The notes: a model not told the origin generated them from the sequence alone. A stretch of DNA of 64,000 bases from a virus (IMGVR_UViG_3300046096_000285:9795-73794); one strand, 5' to 3'. Shown: positions 31,471 through 41,833, numbered from the stretch's first letter. Program-made: numbers and translations.

Positions 31471-33243
31471 ATGGCACACTTATCTAGACTCTCAACTCGC
31501 ACGAGTTCAACTCCTGTCGAGTGGCTCAAGACCTGTTCACACATTGGCGAAGTTGCTAATGCTTGGGCTGGTCGTGGAGACCTTGCTGTCTACGCTGGCG
31601 AGGACGCTGGCATGGGCGAGGCACTTGCTTGCTTCATTATCGAGACAGCAGAAATCGAAATCAACCTACCAAAGGCTTTTGGCAAGGCGACCACTCCAGA
31701 AATGGTTGGCGACCTACGCTTGCGCGAAGTTCAGTATGACTGGGCAGAGCCAGTTGGCGTTATCTATCACGAGGCACTTCACGCTCGTTACACCACTTGG
31801 AACATGGAGGCACTCAAGGAGAGTCCAAAGGTCGAGATTGACGCTTTCATGTTGCTAGAGGAGTCACGCATTGAAGCACGAGGCGCACGACTAATCCCAA
31901 GTAACAAGTTGTTCTTGCGCTCGTCTGCCCTTGGTCTCTCGATTGGTGACATGGCAGAGGCTGTCAAGGACATGAGCGAGGTCTGGGCGACTGCCAACCT
32001 CGCAGGTCTGGCACTTGCTCGTGTAGACGCTGGCGTTCTCGAAGCGAGTGATGTCACGATTATCGAGGGCAAGGTTCTCGAGATTCTGGGCGAGGACTTG
32101 CTTGGCAAGTTGCGTTCAGTCTGGGTTCGCTTTCAGGCACTAGAGACTTCACAAATGGAACAGGGCAAGGCACTCGCTCAAGAGTGGGTCGAGTTGCTAC
32201 GCGAGGCAGACCCAGAGGGCGAACCTCAAGAGGGTGGCGCAGGTGGCGCAATGTCACAGGCACTCCAAGACTTGATTGACGCGCTTGGCGAGGCTGCTGG
32301 CGATACTGCTGTTCAGGTCTCGATTGACATGGGCGACCAGCAGGATTCAGAGGAACGCAAGGCAGAGGCAGAGGAACGCGCCAAGGAAAGCAAGCGACAG
32401 AACGACAACAAGCAGGAGTCGCGCGAAGTGTTCACTCGCTCGAATGGCTCGACTGGTTCTGGGTCAGATTCACGACTCCAAGAACAGCGCAACCCAACTG
32501 GACACGAACGCGCCGCCGCTGTTCAGATTGCCAAGATGTTGGAAAAGGCAAAGTATCGTGAACGCTCGCTCACCGAAATCAAGAGCCACGCGCCACAGGG
32601 TCGCCTCAAGGCTCGCGTTGCTATTCAGAACGCCGCCGCGAAGTCGCGTGGAGTTCGTGAGACACAGCCAGCGTGGGTCGCCAAGAAGCGCAAGCACACA
32701 GACGACCCGAACCTAAGCATTGGTGTCATGGTGGACATTAGCGGCTCAATGAGTTCGGCAATGGAGGCAATGGCAACTACGGCGTGGGTCATGGGAGAAG
32801 CAGGTCGCCGCGTTCAAGCCAAGACCGCAATGGTCTACTTCGGCTCGGGAGTGTTCTCGACTCTCAAGGTCGGTCAGAAGTTGGACAAGGTTTCGGTCTA
32901 CTCCGCGCCAGACGGAACGGAGAAGTTTGACAAGGCGTTCAAGGCACTAGACGGCGAGTTGAACCTGACCTACGGCGAGGGTGTTCGTATGTTGGTCGTT
33001 GTATCAGACGGACAGTTCACCAGCGTAGAAATGGAAAAGGCTCAAGCCGCGGCTCGCCTTTGTGACCGCAACGGAGTCGCGCTTCTTTGGATTACGCCAG
33101 AGGCTTGCTGGAGTGGCAAGGGTCAAGCCTTGCTCAACGGCACGAGCGGCGTGGTTCTGGACAAGATGAAAACAGACGAGATTGCGCTCGCTATCGGTAA
33201 AGCCGCCGCCGAAGCACTCGGTAAGGTGGGTTCAAAGTTCTAG
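31471..33243 (+). CDS. VWA-domain partner protein with N-terminal HEXXH
   Basis: YHEALH...LEESRIE; MIDAS DISGS, VVSDG. Confidence 0.88.
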   Translation: MAHLSRLSTRTSSTPVEWLKTCSHIGEVANAWAGRGDLAVYAGEDAGMGEALACFIIETAEIEINLPKAFGKATTPEMVGDLRLREVQYDWAEPVGVIYHEALHARYTTWNMEALKESPKVEIDAFMLLEESRIEARGARLIPSNKLFLRSSALGLSIGDMAEAVKDMSEVWATANLAGLALARVDAGVLEASDVTIIEGKVLEILGEDLLGKLRSVWVRFQALETSQMEQGKALAQEWVELLREADPEGEPQEGGAGGAMSQALQDLIDALGEAAGDTAVQVSIDMGDQQDSEERKAEAEERAKESKRQNDNKQESREVFTRSNGSTGSGSDSRLQEQRNPTGHERAAAVQIAKMLEKAKYRERSLTEIKSHAPQGRLKARVAIQNAAAKSRGVRETQPAWVAKKRKHTDDPNLSIGVMVDISGSMSSAMEAMATTAWVMGEAGRRVQAKTAMVYFGSGVFSTLKVGQKLDKVSVYSAPDGTEKFDKAFKALDGELNLTYGEGVRMLVVVSDGQFTSVEMEKAQAAARLCDRNGVALLWITPEACWSGKGQALLNGTSGVVLDKMKTDEIALAIGKAAAEALGKVGSKF

Positions 33244-33476
33244 GATTCCACTAGCGCAACGGTAGGCTTTCGGGTTCGTTCATGCCCGCCTCCTTTCCCT
33301 ATCGGCTACTGGATAGAGACCCTCGACAGATTCGTCCCTGTCGGGGGTTTCGCACTTTCGGCGAGCGCAGGTCGTATTCATTTTTTCATTCTGTCTTTCG
33401 ACTTCTGACGAAAGATGTTTGACACTCGTTTGAAGTATGCTAAGTTTGAACTATTCCTAGAAAGGGGAAAACAGAA

Positions 33477-34403
33477 ATGCCAAATCACGTTTGGAACAGC
33501 ATTGGGGTTTCAGGGGCTATCGCTGACATTGAAGCGTTCGTTGCTAAGGCTGGCAAGCCACACATTACAGAGTTCAAGGGCAAGCGTTATCAGGACGAAA
33601 CTGGCGCTTGGAAGTATGACCCAGAGATTATTGACACCCACGAGGACACAGACCCATTCTCATTCTGGAACTTCATAAAGCCAGACGACGAGATTCTTCC
33701 TGTCTACTTTGGACACGAGAAGTCAGAGAAGCCAGAGGGCTACGAGGGCTGGGACTTCGCGGAGAAGATGGCGCACGACCTCAAGTTCACAGGCAACAAC
33801 GCATACGACTGGAACGTTCGCAACTGGGGAACCAAGTGGGACGCATACGACCAGACCTTCGACGGCGTGACAACTGACGAAGCGATTGGAAAGGCGAGTG
33901 CGACTTACAGTTTCAATACGGCGTGGAGTATCCCAGTTCCAGTATTTGAAGCACTCTGCGAACAGCACCCAGAGTTGAGTTTCTCGTTTGAGTCGGAGGA
34001 GGAACAGGGCTGGGGCGCGACTTACGAGTCAAGCGCGGTAGACGACCCAGAGGACGGCGAGCCTACATCCGCACTACTTCTCATCAGCGAGTGGGACATC
34101 CCTGAGAGCCACGCAGAGTTGGTAGCCCGAGGGCGAGAATGCCACTGCGAGTATGACGACGACGAGGACTCGTGGTATGACGACTGCCCTCGTGAAGAAC
34201 GAGTGTTCACCGTTGTCGTTGAGCAGACTTTCGTGGTCAAGGCGACGGACGCAGAGAAGGCTTGGGAACTTGCCGAGGAACACCTCAACAAGCCGATTGA
34301 GAACTTGCCAGAGGGAGTCGAGCAGTCGGATGAGTATTCGCTGTTCGTCAAGAACCCAGAGACTGGCGAGCGTTTGTATCCGACACTCGGAGGGGGTGAG
34401 TAG
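33477..34403 (+). CDS. DUF1281/YubB-like ferredoxin-fold protein
   Basis: MPNHVWN, YDWNVRNWGTKWD, FNTAWS.P. Confidence 0.8.
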   Translation: MPNHVWNSIGVSGAIADIEAFVAKAGKPHITEFKGKRYQDETGAWKYDPEIIDTHEDTDPFSFWNFIKPDDEILPVYFGHEKSEKPEGYEGWDFAEKMAHDLKFTGNNAYDWNVRNWGTKWDAYDQTFDGVTTDEAIGKASATYSFNTAWSIPVPVFEALCEQHPELSFSFESEEEQGWGATYESSAVDDPEDGEPTSALLLISEWDIPESHAELVARGRECHCEYDDDEDSWYDDCPREERVFTVVVEQTFVVKATDAEKAWELAEEHLNKPIENLPEGVEQSDEYSLFVKNPETGERLYPTLGGGE

Positions 34404-34649
34404 CGTGGCAACACCAAAGACACCGAAGCCGAAGATGGGCAACGGCGCAACGACTCGTCTGACAGACGGACGACGCAAGTAGCAGAGGGAGAGGGCGAAA
34501 GCCCTCTCTTTTCTTTTGCCCCTCGTATTCATTTTTTCGTCATTGCCACGCCGATACACGCCGCGATTTGACACGAGTTTGGAATAGGGTATAGACTACG
34601 AGAGTAGTCAACGAGGAAATGCCTCGACTACACAAAGGAGGGGATTGAA

Positions 34650-35042
34650 ATGGCAACTGCCGAACTTCAATCAGCACAGGTTGCTAAGGCGACCACCAGC
34701 ATTACCAGCACCACAGAGGACAACCTAGTTGTTCTAACCCCTGCGATTCAGAAGCAGGTCAAGGCACTACGCGAGGCTCGCAATGTAGCGAAGCAGGCAA
34801 AGGCTCTAGGGGATACAGCACGAGACGTTATCTTGGAGTTCGTGGGGGAGACCACCACCAACCTCGTGGGCGTGGACGCAAAGGGCAAGCGTTTGATTAG
34901 CCTCAAGTTGATTCCAAGTTCAGAGAGTTTCGACTGGGCACGACTTCAACTTCAGCAGCCTGAGTTGTTCGAGATGCTCAAAAAGGAATACACCATTCCT
35001 CGTGGGGCAGGCGCACCAACTCCACGAGTGGACACGATTTAG
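34650..35042 (+). CDS. Hypothetical protein (similar to 38657..38983)
   Basis: Cassette gene; helix then FD...L....PELF. Confidence 0.6.
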   Translation: MATAELQSAQVAKATTSITSTTEDNLVVLTPAIQKQVKALREARNVAKQAKALGDTARDVILEFVGETTTNLVGVDAKGKRLISLKLIPSSESFDWARLQLQQPELFEMLKKEYTIPRGAGAPTPRVDTI

Positions 35043-35205
35043 TCCACTCACGAAAGTCGCTGGCGAGAGTTCCCCTCTCTCGCTGGCGATTTTTTGTATG
35101 GAGGCTGTATTCATTTTTTCATTAGATCCATAACTTCCAACGAATGGTTTGACTTGGAGATAACAAACTGGTAAAGTGGAAGTAACTCAACCAAAGGGGA
35201 TTCAA

Positions 35206-35658
35206 ATGAGAACCAGAGAATACGACCTCAACGTTTACGTCACAGATGGCGTGGCACGTTTGTCAGCATACGAATACACATATAGCGACAGCGACGACCC
35301 TCAGCCAAATGGCACAGAGATGAGCAAGTTCGTCACGTTGGAAGTTCCAATGGACAAAGCACACCACGACGAAGTGGCGTTTCTACTGAGCGACGAGGAC
35401 TGGCAAGACTCACCAGTGGCAGACTGGCAGGACTACGACAGCCCATGGGAAAACTTGGCGTGGCTAGAGACAGCACCGGCAAGCATAAGAGCGTGGGGAG
35501 ACGCGCTCGCGGAATACGAGCCGACCACTCAACACGAGTGGGAACTCTACACAATGGACTTGAAATACGGCGAACGGCGAGACGTGAAGTGCCTCAACTG
35601 CGACGCGACATACCCTATCTACCGTTTGACATGGGAACAGATGACGGCTAAGGTGTAG
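35206..35658 (+). CDS. Hypothetical protein
   Basis: AAGGGG RBS after cassette promoter. Confidence 0.6.
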   Translation: MRTREYDLNVYVTDGVARLSAYEYTYSDSDDPQPNGTEMSKFVTLEVPMDKAHHDEVAFLLSDEDWQDSPVADWQDYDSPWENLAWLETAPASIRAWGDALAEYEPTTQHEWELYTMDLKYGERRDVKCLNCDATYPIYRLTWEQMTAKV

Positions 35659-35660
35659 GT

Positions 35661-35885
35661 ATGAGAAAAGACATCAAGCAACTACGGATACTCGCAGAGC
35701 AACAAGGCTGGAGAGTAGAGCGCACTAACGGCGACCACTTACGGTGGCTCGCGCCAGAGGGTGGCATGGCTATCTACTCGGCAAGCACACCGTCTAATGC
35801 TCGCGGAATACTCAACCTCAGAGCGCAACTGCGTAAAGCGGGTCTACATTTAGAGAAGCACGGCAAGCAAAAGGTGAACGCATGA
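35661..35885 (+). CDS. HicA-like protein
   Basis: L..QGWRVERT.GDH.RW..P...STPS....N....L...G. Confidence 0.65.
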   Translation: MRKDIKQLRILAEQQGWRVERTNGDHLRWLAPEGGMAIYSASTPSNARGILNLRAQLRKAGLHLEKHGKQKVNA

Positions 35886-36178
35886 AACTGTATCGGCAAG
35901 CACTAGGCGAGGTTCTGCGCGAAGCAAGAACGGTGAGGGGTCAGACCCTGCGACAAGTCTCAACGGCTGCCTCGTGCGCCCTCGGATACCTGTCGGAGTT
36001 GGAGAACGGACACAAGGAAGCGTCCTCGGAGATTTTGGAGGGGCTTGCCCGTGCGCTCAAGGTGACGGTGAGTGAACTCGCTATCCGTGCTGGCTTGCGT
36101 ATAGCGGAGGAGAGTATCCCTGATACCCCTGCCGAACTCTACGAGGAAGCACCGGCCCTCATTCCTCACCGAGGATAG
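35882..36178 (+). CDS. XRE HTH regulator, ClgR-like
   Basis: LGEVLR..R...G.TLR.VS..A...LGYLSELE.G.KEASSE.L. Confidence 0.82.
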   Translation: MKLYRQALGEVLREARTVRGQTLRQVSTAASCALGYLSELENGHKEASSEILEGLARALKVTVSELAIRAGLRIAEESIPDTPAELYEEAPALIPHRG

Positions 36179-36292
36179 CCTCGGGTGGTAACCCCGTATT
36201 CATTTTTTCAACAACCGACACGGCGAGCGCAATACTTGCTTGACGGCTTGCCGTAGGGTATAGTTGGACTATCCAATGAAAGGGGTTGCCAA

Positions 36293-36688
36293 ATGGCAGA
36301 GAACATCACAACGGCGGGGCTAGTAGCCACCACACCAAGATACCTAGTCACGGCAGACGGCTTGCCGATTACTTCATTCCGGCTTGCCACAACTTCAAGA
36401 AAGTTTGACGCGCGAACTGGCGAGTGGGTTGACGGCGAGGCTAACTGGTATACCGTTACCGCCTTCCACGACTTGGCTATCAATGCGGCAAGCAGTATCG
36501 AGAAGGGTCACCGTATTGTCGTTCAAGGCGCGGTTAGAGTGCGCGACTGGGATAACGGCGAGCGAAGCGGAACATCCGTAGAGATTGAAGCCGAGGTCAT
36601 AGGTCACGACTTGAGTTGGGGAACCGCTGTGTTCACCCGAACCGTCTTGACTCGTAGGGTAGAGAAGCCAGAGACCGTGGGGGTATAG
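36293..36688 (+). CDS. ssb: Single-stranded DNA-binding protein (no acidic tail)
   Basis: FRLA...R......EW.DG..NWY.V..F..LA.N...S..KG.R..V.G, IGHDL.WG. Confidence 0.9.
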   Translation: MAENITTAGLVATTPRYLVTADGLPITSFRLATTSRKFDARTGEWVDGEANWYTVTAFHDLAINAASSIEKGHRIVVQGAVRVRDWDNGERSGTSVEIEAEVIGHDLSWGTAVFTRTVLTRRVEKPETVGV

Positions 36689-36864
36689 AGACCTTACCGA
36701 ACAGATAGAGAAAACGCGGGAACTTGCTATCCCGCGTTTTTTCATAGTCGGGGTCGTATTCATTTTTTCAACCGGCACGACACTTCACACTAAGATTTGG
36801 AAGTTGGCACGGAAAGTGGTAAGGTTGAACTATCACCGAAGACAAGGGTGAGAAAAGGGAAGAG

Positions 36865-37038
36865 ATGAACGAGATAAAGATTTGCCCAAAGTGTCAGGGC
36901 TACATCCCAAACAACAAGACACCGGGGGCATACTCAGGCGCGATTTCACGCCGAGACAACAAGACAGAGATTTGTTCGGCTTGCGGAACTCATGAAGCGT
37001 TCGAGGACCTTTTCGCGAAAGAGCGAGTCAATGGCTAA
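36865..37038 (+). CDS. Small zinc-finger protein
   Basis: CPKC...AISRRDNKTEICSAC. Confidence 0.65.
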   Translation: MNEIKICPKCQGYIPNNKTPGAYSGAISRRDNKTEICSACGTHEAFEDLFAKERVNG

Positions 37039-37165
37039 GGCAGAGTGTTACGACTGTGACGCGGAAATTGAAGTCGAAGACTCAACCTATGTCCACCCCT
37101 TGTGCGCTGAGTGTCAGAACGAAGCAGACGACTGGCTACAAACACAGATGTTGCTAATGAACTAA
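37031..37165 (+). CDS. Small zinc-finger protein
   Basis: CYDC...CAEC. Confidence 0.55.
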   Translation: MAKAECYDCDAEIEVEDSTYVHPLCAECQNEADDWLQTQMLLMN

Positions 37166-37339
37166 AAGTCACGCTCACCGAAAGGTGGGCGTTTCTTTTA
37201 CGCCGCATCGCGTATTCATTTTTTCACCAACACAGTGGCGATTACTCACAACAACTCACGAATGATTTGATTTTGTCCTAGCAGGGTGATAAGTTTGATT
37301 TGTTGCCGAAGTTCAGTAAGCAACGAAAGGGGCAACAAA

Positions 37340-37669
37340 ATGGGTAACAGGGCTTGGATTCAGATTTCAGCAGAGCAGTTTGAAACACCTATCAGCCTTT
37401 ATGGTCACTGGTCGGGCGAGGACAACCTCACCGCCGTAGTCAAGACCCTAGAGAGTTCAACACGCATTGGGGATGTGTCATACCTCACAGCACAGATTTT
37501 CTTCCACTTCACGCAACTAGGTGGCTACACAGGCGACACAGGGTTTGGCATTTCGACAGGCGAAGCCCCTAGCGTAGACGATGTGGACACCGTTTATGTG
37601 AACGCTGATAATGGTGAGTATACTTATCAGGGCGTAACTCACCACGAGTTTGCGCTAATGAAGGCTTGA
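37340..37669 (+). CDS. Hypothetical phage protein
   Basis: MGNRA, LY.HW.G, R.GD.SY motifs. Confidence 0.7.
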   Translation: MGNRAWIQISAEQFETPISLYGHWSGEDNLTAVVKTLESSTRIGDVSYLTAQIFFHFTQLGGYTGDTGFGISTGEAPSVDDVDTVYVNADNGEYTYQGVTHHEFALMKA

Positions 37670-37912
37670 GTCGAGGTCGAGTCCACCACTCCCTTGATTC
37701 ATTGGGTTAGGGTTAGCCCCCTTTCCCTAACCCCGAACGCCAGTAGATAATCCCCTTATCTACTGGCGTTCACCATTTCTCAGGGATACGAGGCGTATTC
37801 ATTTTTTCCTCGAGCTCAGACACGACGCAACAACTCACGAATGATTTGACTTGATACGAGTTATGTGTTACTTTTGTATTGCCTTTGAAAAGGCAGAAAG
37901 ATAAGGGGCAAC

Positions 37913-38320
37913 ATGGAAAAGGTATTAGAGATTCGCAAGTTTGAGATTAGCTCAGACTGTTCATGCGAGGTATACGACGAGGACACAGACACGTCTTCAC
38001 CAAGCGACGAGTGTTTCAACTGTTTCGCCGACGACAAGGATAATTTCAAATACGTGATTCTTCAGCCATGGCTTGAGGCTAATGGTTGGGATGAGGACAC
38101 AGTTGTTTATGTGTTCAGCGCGAACATGAACTGGAATCACGTCGCGGGATGGACAAACGTCTACGCGAGAGAGGCTATCGACTGCCTAACTTTGAATGGC
38201 GAGTTTACCCTTAGTTACAAGTTGGATGGCAAGAACTTGACTTGCGTTCGTTCAAGCCACGACGAACATGGCGCGTTGTTCACGTTCAGTGAGGCACAGA
38301 AGGATTATCGCGATGAGTAA
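37913..38320 (+). CDS. Hypothetical protein
   Basis: Cassette gene; SSHDE.G motif. Confidence 0.65.
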   Translation: MEKVLEIRKFEISSDCSCEVYDEDTDTSSPSDECFNCFADDKDNFKYVILQPWLEANGWDEDTVVYVFSANMNWNHVAGWTNVYAREAIDCLTLNGEFTLSYKLDGKNLTCVRSSHDEHGALFTFSEAQKDYRDE

Positions 38321-38477
38321 CCTAGTGTTCACCGGCCCTCGCGCCGTTCTCTCTCAGTTGTCTGCCGATTCGACAGTCATGTTCTCTCAGTTGATAGAGG
38401 ATGACGAGTTGGTCGCGATGGTGTTAGCCAAGAAGCCATACGACACGTTGCTTGAATACGTGAACGAAAACTACTGA
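38313..38477 (+). CDS. Small hypothetical protein
   Basis: Overlaps previous stop, ends before terminator. Confidence 0.55.
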   Translation: MSNLVFTGPRAVLSQLSADSTVMFSQLIEDDELVAMVLAKKPYDTLLEYVNENY

Positions 38478-38656
38478 GTCACGACAGGGAAGCCCCGCGG
38501 AAACGCGGGGTTTCTTTTTGCCCGCGGGAAGTCGCCGTATTCATTTTTTCAGCGAGCCTAGAGCCGACACGCTTAGGATTTGGTGTTTTTTGAAATAGGG
38601 GGTATCATTGACTTATGAAGTCAATAAGGCTTCACTAAATAGAAGGGGGTCGCCAA

Positions 38657-38983
38657 ATGGCTACCAAGATTCAGAAGGCAACCGCGGTTGTCACCGAGGC
38701 TCGCAAGGTCTCAAAGGTTGTTGTTGCTAACGCCGAGCGTCTAGCGTTCGTTCGTGCCGAGGTTATTCGTCTAGAGGCAGAAGCCAAGCTCTTGCGCGAT
38801 GGGCTTATCGCGGTTGCCGATGGCGCAACTACTCTTGTCCACAACAACATCGCCATCGTTGAGATTTCACCACGCTCAACCTCACGCGTAGACTCGAAGG
38901 CGTTGAAGGTTATGTTTCCTGAAGCATACGAGGCAACACTCAAAGTCACCGTATCACCTGTCGTGGATGTTCTGAAGCGATAA
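38657..38983 (+). CDS. Hypothetical protein
   Basis: Cassette gene; RVDSKALK..FPEAY. Confidence 0.65.
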   Translation: MATKIQKATAVVTEARKVSKVVVANAERLAFVRAEVIRLEAEAKLLRDGLIAVADGATTLVHNNIAIVEISPRSTSRVDSKALKVMFPEAYEATLKVTVSPVVDVLKR

Positions 38984-39207
38984 ACGCCACGAGGAAGCCC
39001 CCTAGGATTCTCTAGGGGGTTTTTCCTTACCCTAAACACGCCAAGCCCGCCACGAGGCACACAGCCCCGCCACGAGGGCGTATTCATTTTTTCGTCAAAA
39101 CACGCCAGCTGAGGATTTGATTTGACAAGTGTCCGGCTTATGGATAAGATTTAGTTATAACTAAATAGATGCACCACTCAATGCACCACCAACCTAAGGG
39201 GATTCAA

Positions 39208-39537
39208 ATGGCAACTATGGCACCTGCTACCAACACCACTACCAAGTTCGACCTAGGCGCGACTCTAGACGAGCCGACCACCGCATCAGTCGTCACCGAG
39301 GTCGAGAAGTTCGACAACACTATGGTCTATGCCAAGACTTCACTAGAGATGTTCGTTAGCGCGGATAACGTGGATGACACAGTCTACCTTGACCTTCGCC
39401 AACTCAACTTTGTACGACTGGGCCCAACCGACGAAGAACAGATGCACGTATTCACCACCTTGCTCAACCACCGCTTCACTCGCGAGCAGGCCGAGGCACT
39501 GGTCGCCACGTTCACTCACGAACTCGCGAAACTCTAG
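39208..39537 (+). CDS. Hypothetical protein
   Basis: AAGGGGATTCAAATG start. Confidence 0.6.
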   Translation: MATMAPATNTTTKFDLGATLDEPTTASVVTEVEKFDNTMVYAKTSLEMFVSADNVDDTVYLDLRQLNFVRLGPTDEEQMHVFTTLLNHRFTREQAEALVATFTHELAKL

Positions 39538-39690
39538 CGAGCGCGACAAGCCCCTGTCGAAAGGCAGGGGTTTTGTCATTCCCCGGCTGTATTCATTTTT
39601 TCACAAGAAGACACAGGAGTGGGCTGAGATACTATGTTTTGTCCGAGGGGTTTGATAAAATGGGAGTATCCAAATGAAAGGGGATAAAGA

Positions 39691-40047
39691 ATGACAAACT
39701 ACAGCGACGTGGAAGTTGCTCTTGAGAACGCTAAGGCGATTGCTTGGGACACCTGCCACAAGATTTACGTTCTAATGGATGACGAGCAAGTTGAGAAGAT
39801 GCGCGAGTACGAGTACGACCCTCTAATCACGAGCGACGAGATGGACCCTAGCGAAATGCTGTCCACGATTCAAACTTGGTATGAGGACTCTTGCGGATTG
39901 CGTTTCGTAGAAAGCGTCACCACAAATCACGAAGACCCTAACCTTGGGTTTGAAAGTCTGATTCCACAGGGCGCGGATGACGAAGATGACGACACCGACG
40001 AATCTGAAGACGACTACTTCGATGACGAGGATGACGAAGATGAGTAA
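39691..40047 (+). CDS. Acidic hypothetical protein
   Basis: IAWDTCHKIY...W..SC.LRF motif; D/E tail. Confidence 0.7.
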   Translation: MTNYSDVEVALENAKAIAWDTCHKIYVLMDDEQVEKMREYEYDPLITSDEMDPSEMLSTIQTWYEDSCGLRFVESVTTNHEDPNLGFESLIPQGADDEDDDTDESEDDYFDDEDDEDE

Positions 40048-40240
40048 GTTCGCGTTCAACCTAGTTCTCAAGACTGATTACATCGAAGCAGAGAACATCG
40101 AAGAAGCAGAGAAGTTGCTGAACAAGTACATCGATGGGCTGGCTATGGTTGGTGAGCCTGAGATTACTTGGGACGAAGTTGACTGGCAGACCTTTGAAGG
40201 CGACCTAGTAATCAAAGACTTTAGTTCGCCCCTCAACTGA
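40040..40240 (+). CDS. Small hypothetical protein
   Basis: Coupled; ends before terminator. Confidence 0.55.
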   Translation: MSKFAFNLVLKTDYIEAENIEEAEKLLNKYIDGLAMVGEPEITWDEVDWQTFEGDLVIKDFSSPLN

Positions 40241-40405
40241 GCACGAAGAAGAACGCTCTCGAAAGAGGGCGTTTTTTCTCAGGCCCGTTGTATTCATTTT
40301 TTCAACTGGCGACACGGGGGGTTGGTCGAAAGTTGCGAAGGTTTGTCGAAAGTAGTAAAGTAGTTCTGTTGGCAAAAGCCAGCGTAAAGGGATAAGGGGT
40401 TTGAA

Positions 40406-40630
40406 ATGAAGTTTGTAGTTCGTAGAGCAGTCATTGGAGTTCTAGCAGTTCCAGCAGTAGCCGGTGCGTATGTGTTTGGGTATCTAGGTCTGTTGCTTCT
40501 AGGCGCGGAGGGTGCGCTCAAGATTGAAGAAATCTGGAACAATGGAATGTTGATTGGTGGCGTGTGTGCCGTAATGCTCGTGTTCGCGCCACAGGTAAAC
40601 AAGTTCCTCGACAGGGTTACTGGAGAGTAA
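40406..40630 (+). CDS. Two-TM membrane protein
   Basis: Two hydrophobic helices; cassette gene. Confidence 0.65.
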   Translation: MKFVVRRAVIGVLAVPAVAGAYVFGYLGLLLLGAEGALKIEEIWNNGMLIGGVCAVMLVFAPQVNKFLDRVTGE

Positions 40631-40856
40631 AAGACTTGGCAGGGTTTATCCCCCTATCCCCTGCCCAAGAAAAGAGCGTGACCATTCCGCTCACGGCTAG
40701 GCACTTCCCCCAAGTGTCTAGCCTTTTTCTTTGCTCGGAAGTGTATTCATTTTTTCACCCTGCGACACGCGGATACAGATTGGATTTGCGCTCGCCGAGG
40801 ATTTCCTGTAATGTAGTTCTTGTAGCCAGCAAGGGGTTGGCAGACAAGGGGTTCAA

Positions 40857-41015
40857 ATGCTAAAGACTTCAACAGCCGAGTGCGTAGATTGCGCGGTTGC
40901 TATCACCAGCGACAACACGCAAGACGAGGGTGGAAAGTTTGCTTCACCACAGGGGGAATACGCTATCTGCGACAACTGCGCCAATGCTCGCATTGACGCT
41001 TACCTAGAGAACTAA
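40857..41015 (+). CDS. Small zinc-finger protein
   Basis: CVDC...CDNC; AAGGGG RBS. Confidence 0.6.
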   Translation: MLKTSTAECVDCAVAITSDNTQDEGGKFASPQGEYAICDNCANARIDAYLEN

Positions 41016-41027
41016 GGGGCAGGGAAA

Positions 41028-41252
41028 ATGGCCGACTCAATGAAAGGTTCTGGGATTGACTCCGAGGACTACACCGCTTGGTTCTTTTGCTCACATTGTG
41101 ACGAGGAACTGGAACTTGATGGAAAGTCAGACGACTATGGGATTATTGCGACAGCCGAGTGTCCTAAGTGCCGTTCAACCCTAGAGGTTGAAATGCCTAG
41201 CAAGGAACAGTTGCGCGAGGACTACCTAGCCGACTACGACCCAAACAACTAA
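41028..41252 (+). CDS. Small zinc-ribbon protein
   Basis: CSHC...CPKC. Confidence 0.65.
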   Translation: MADSMKGSGIDSEDYTAWFFCSHCDEELELDGKSDDYGIIATAECPKCRSTLEVEMPSKEQLREDYLADYDPNN

Positions 41253-41497
41253 ATAGACTTACCTAGCGCGGGCAACTTCGCTAGGTGGGAGAGAACCGAG
41301 TAACCCCCTTGCTCGTGCGACTCCGAAAGAGCCAGACACTAATCCCCTTGTGTCTGGTTCTTTTGTTTCTACGGTGCTATTCATTTTTTCAGCAAGACTC
41401 CCCCGGGCGTGTCGATTTGCGCCACCCTGGTTGGGGTGCTACAGTTGATACTGTAGTCAGGAAGCAGATAGCGGAGGGCTACACGCAAGGGGAAGAA

Positions 41498-41833
41498 ATG
41501 TCTTCAATCATTACTGTTCCAGTTCAGTTCCAGGCCGAGGACTTCTGGAGTGAAATCATGGGTTCAGCCTGGGAGACCTGGGACTGGTGGGTGACCCTGG
41601 ACTACAGCCAGGGCGCGTCCTGGGACAAGGTTGGCGAAATCACCGTTACATCCTGGGACGGCGAGACCGAGGGCGAGACCCTAGTCACCAAGACCCTCAC
41701 CATCCAGGACCTGGCTGAGTCTTACGGCAAGTGCCTGGCCGAAGGGTTCCGAATCAACATCCACGACCTGGACGCCGGCCAGGGCGACGTCATCCTTCAG
41801 ATGGCAATGTTCGGAGAAGTCGTCTACGGATAG
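41498..41833 (+). CDS. Hypothetical phage protein
   Basis: DLDA..GD.ILQ.A.FGEVVYG C-terminus; AAGGGG RBS. Confidence 0.7.
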   Translation: MSSIITVPVQFQAEDFWSEIMGSAWETWDWWVTLDYSQGASWDKVGEITVTSWDGETEGETLVTKTLTIQDLAESYGKCLAEGFRINIHDLDAGQGDVILQMAMFGEVVYG

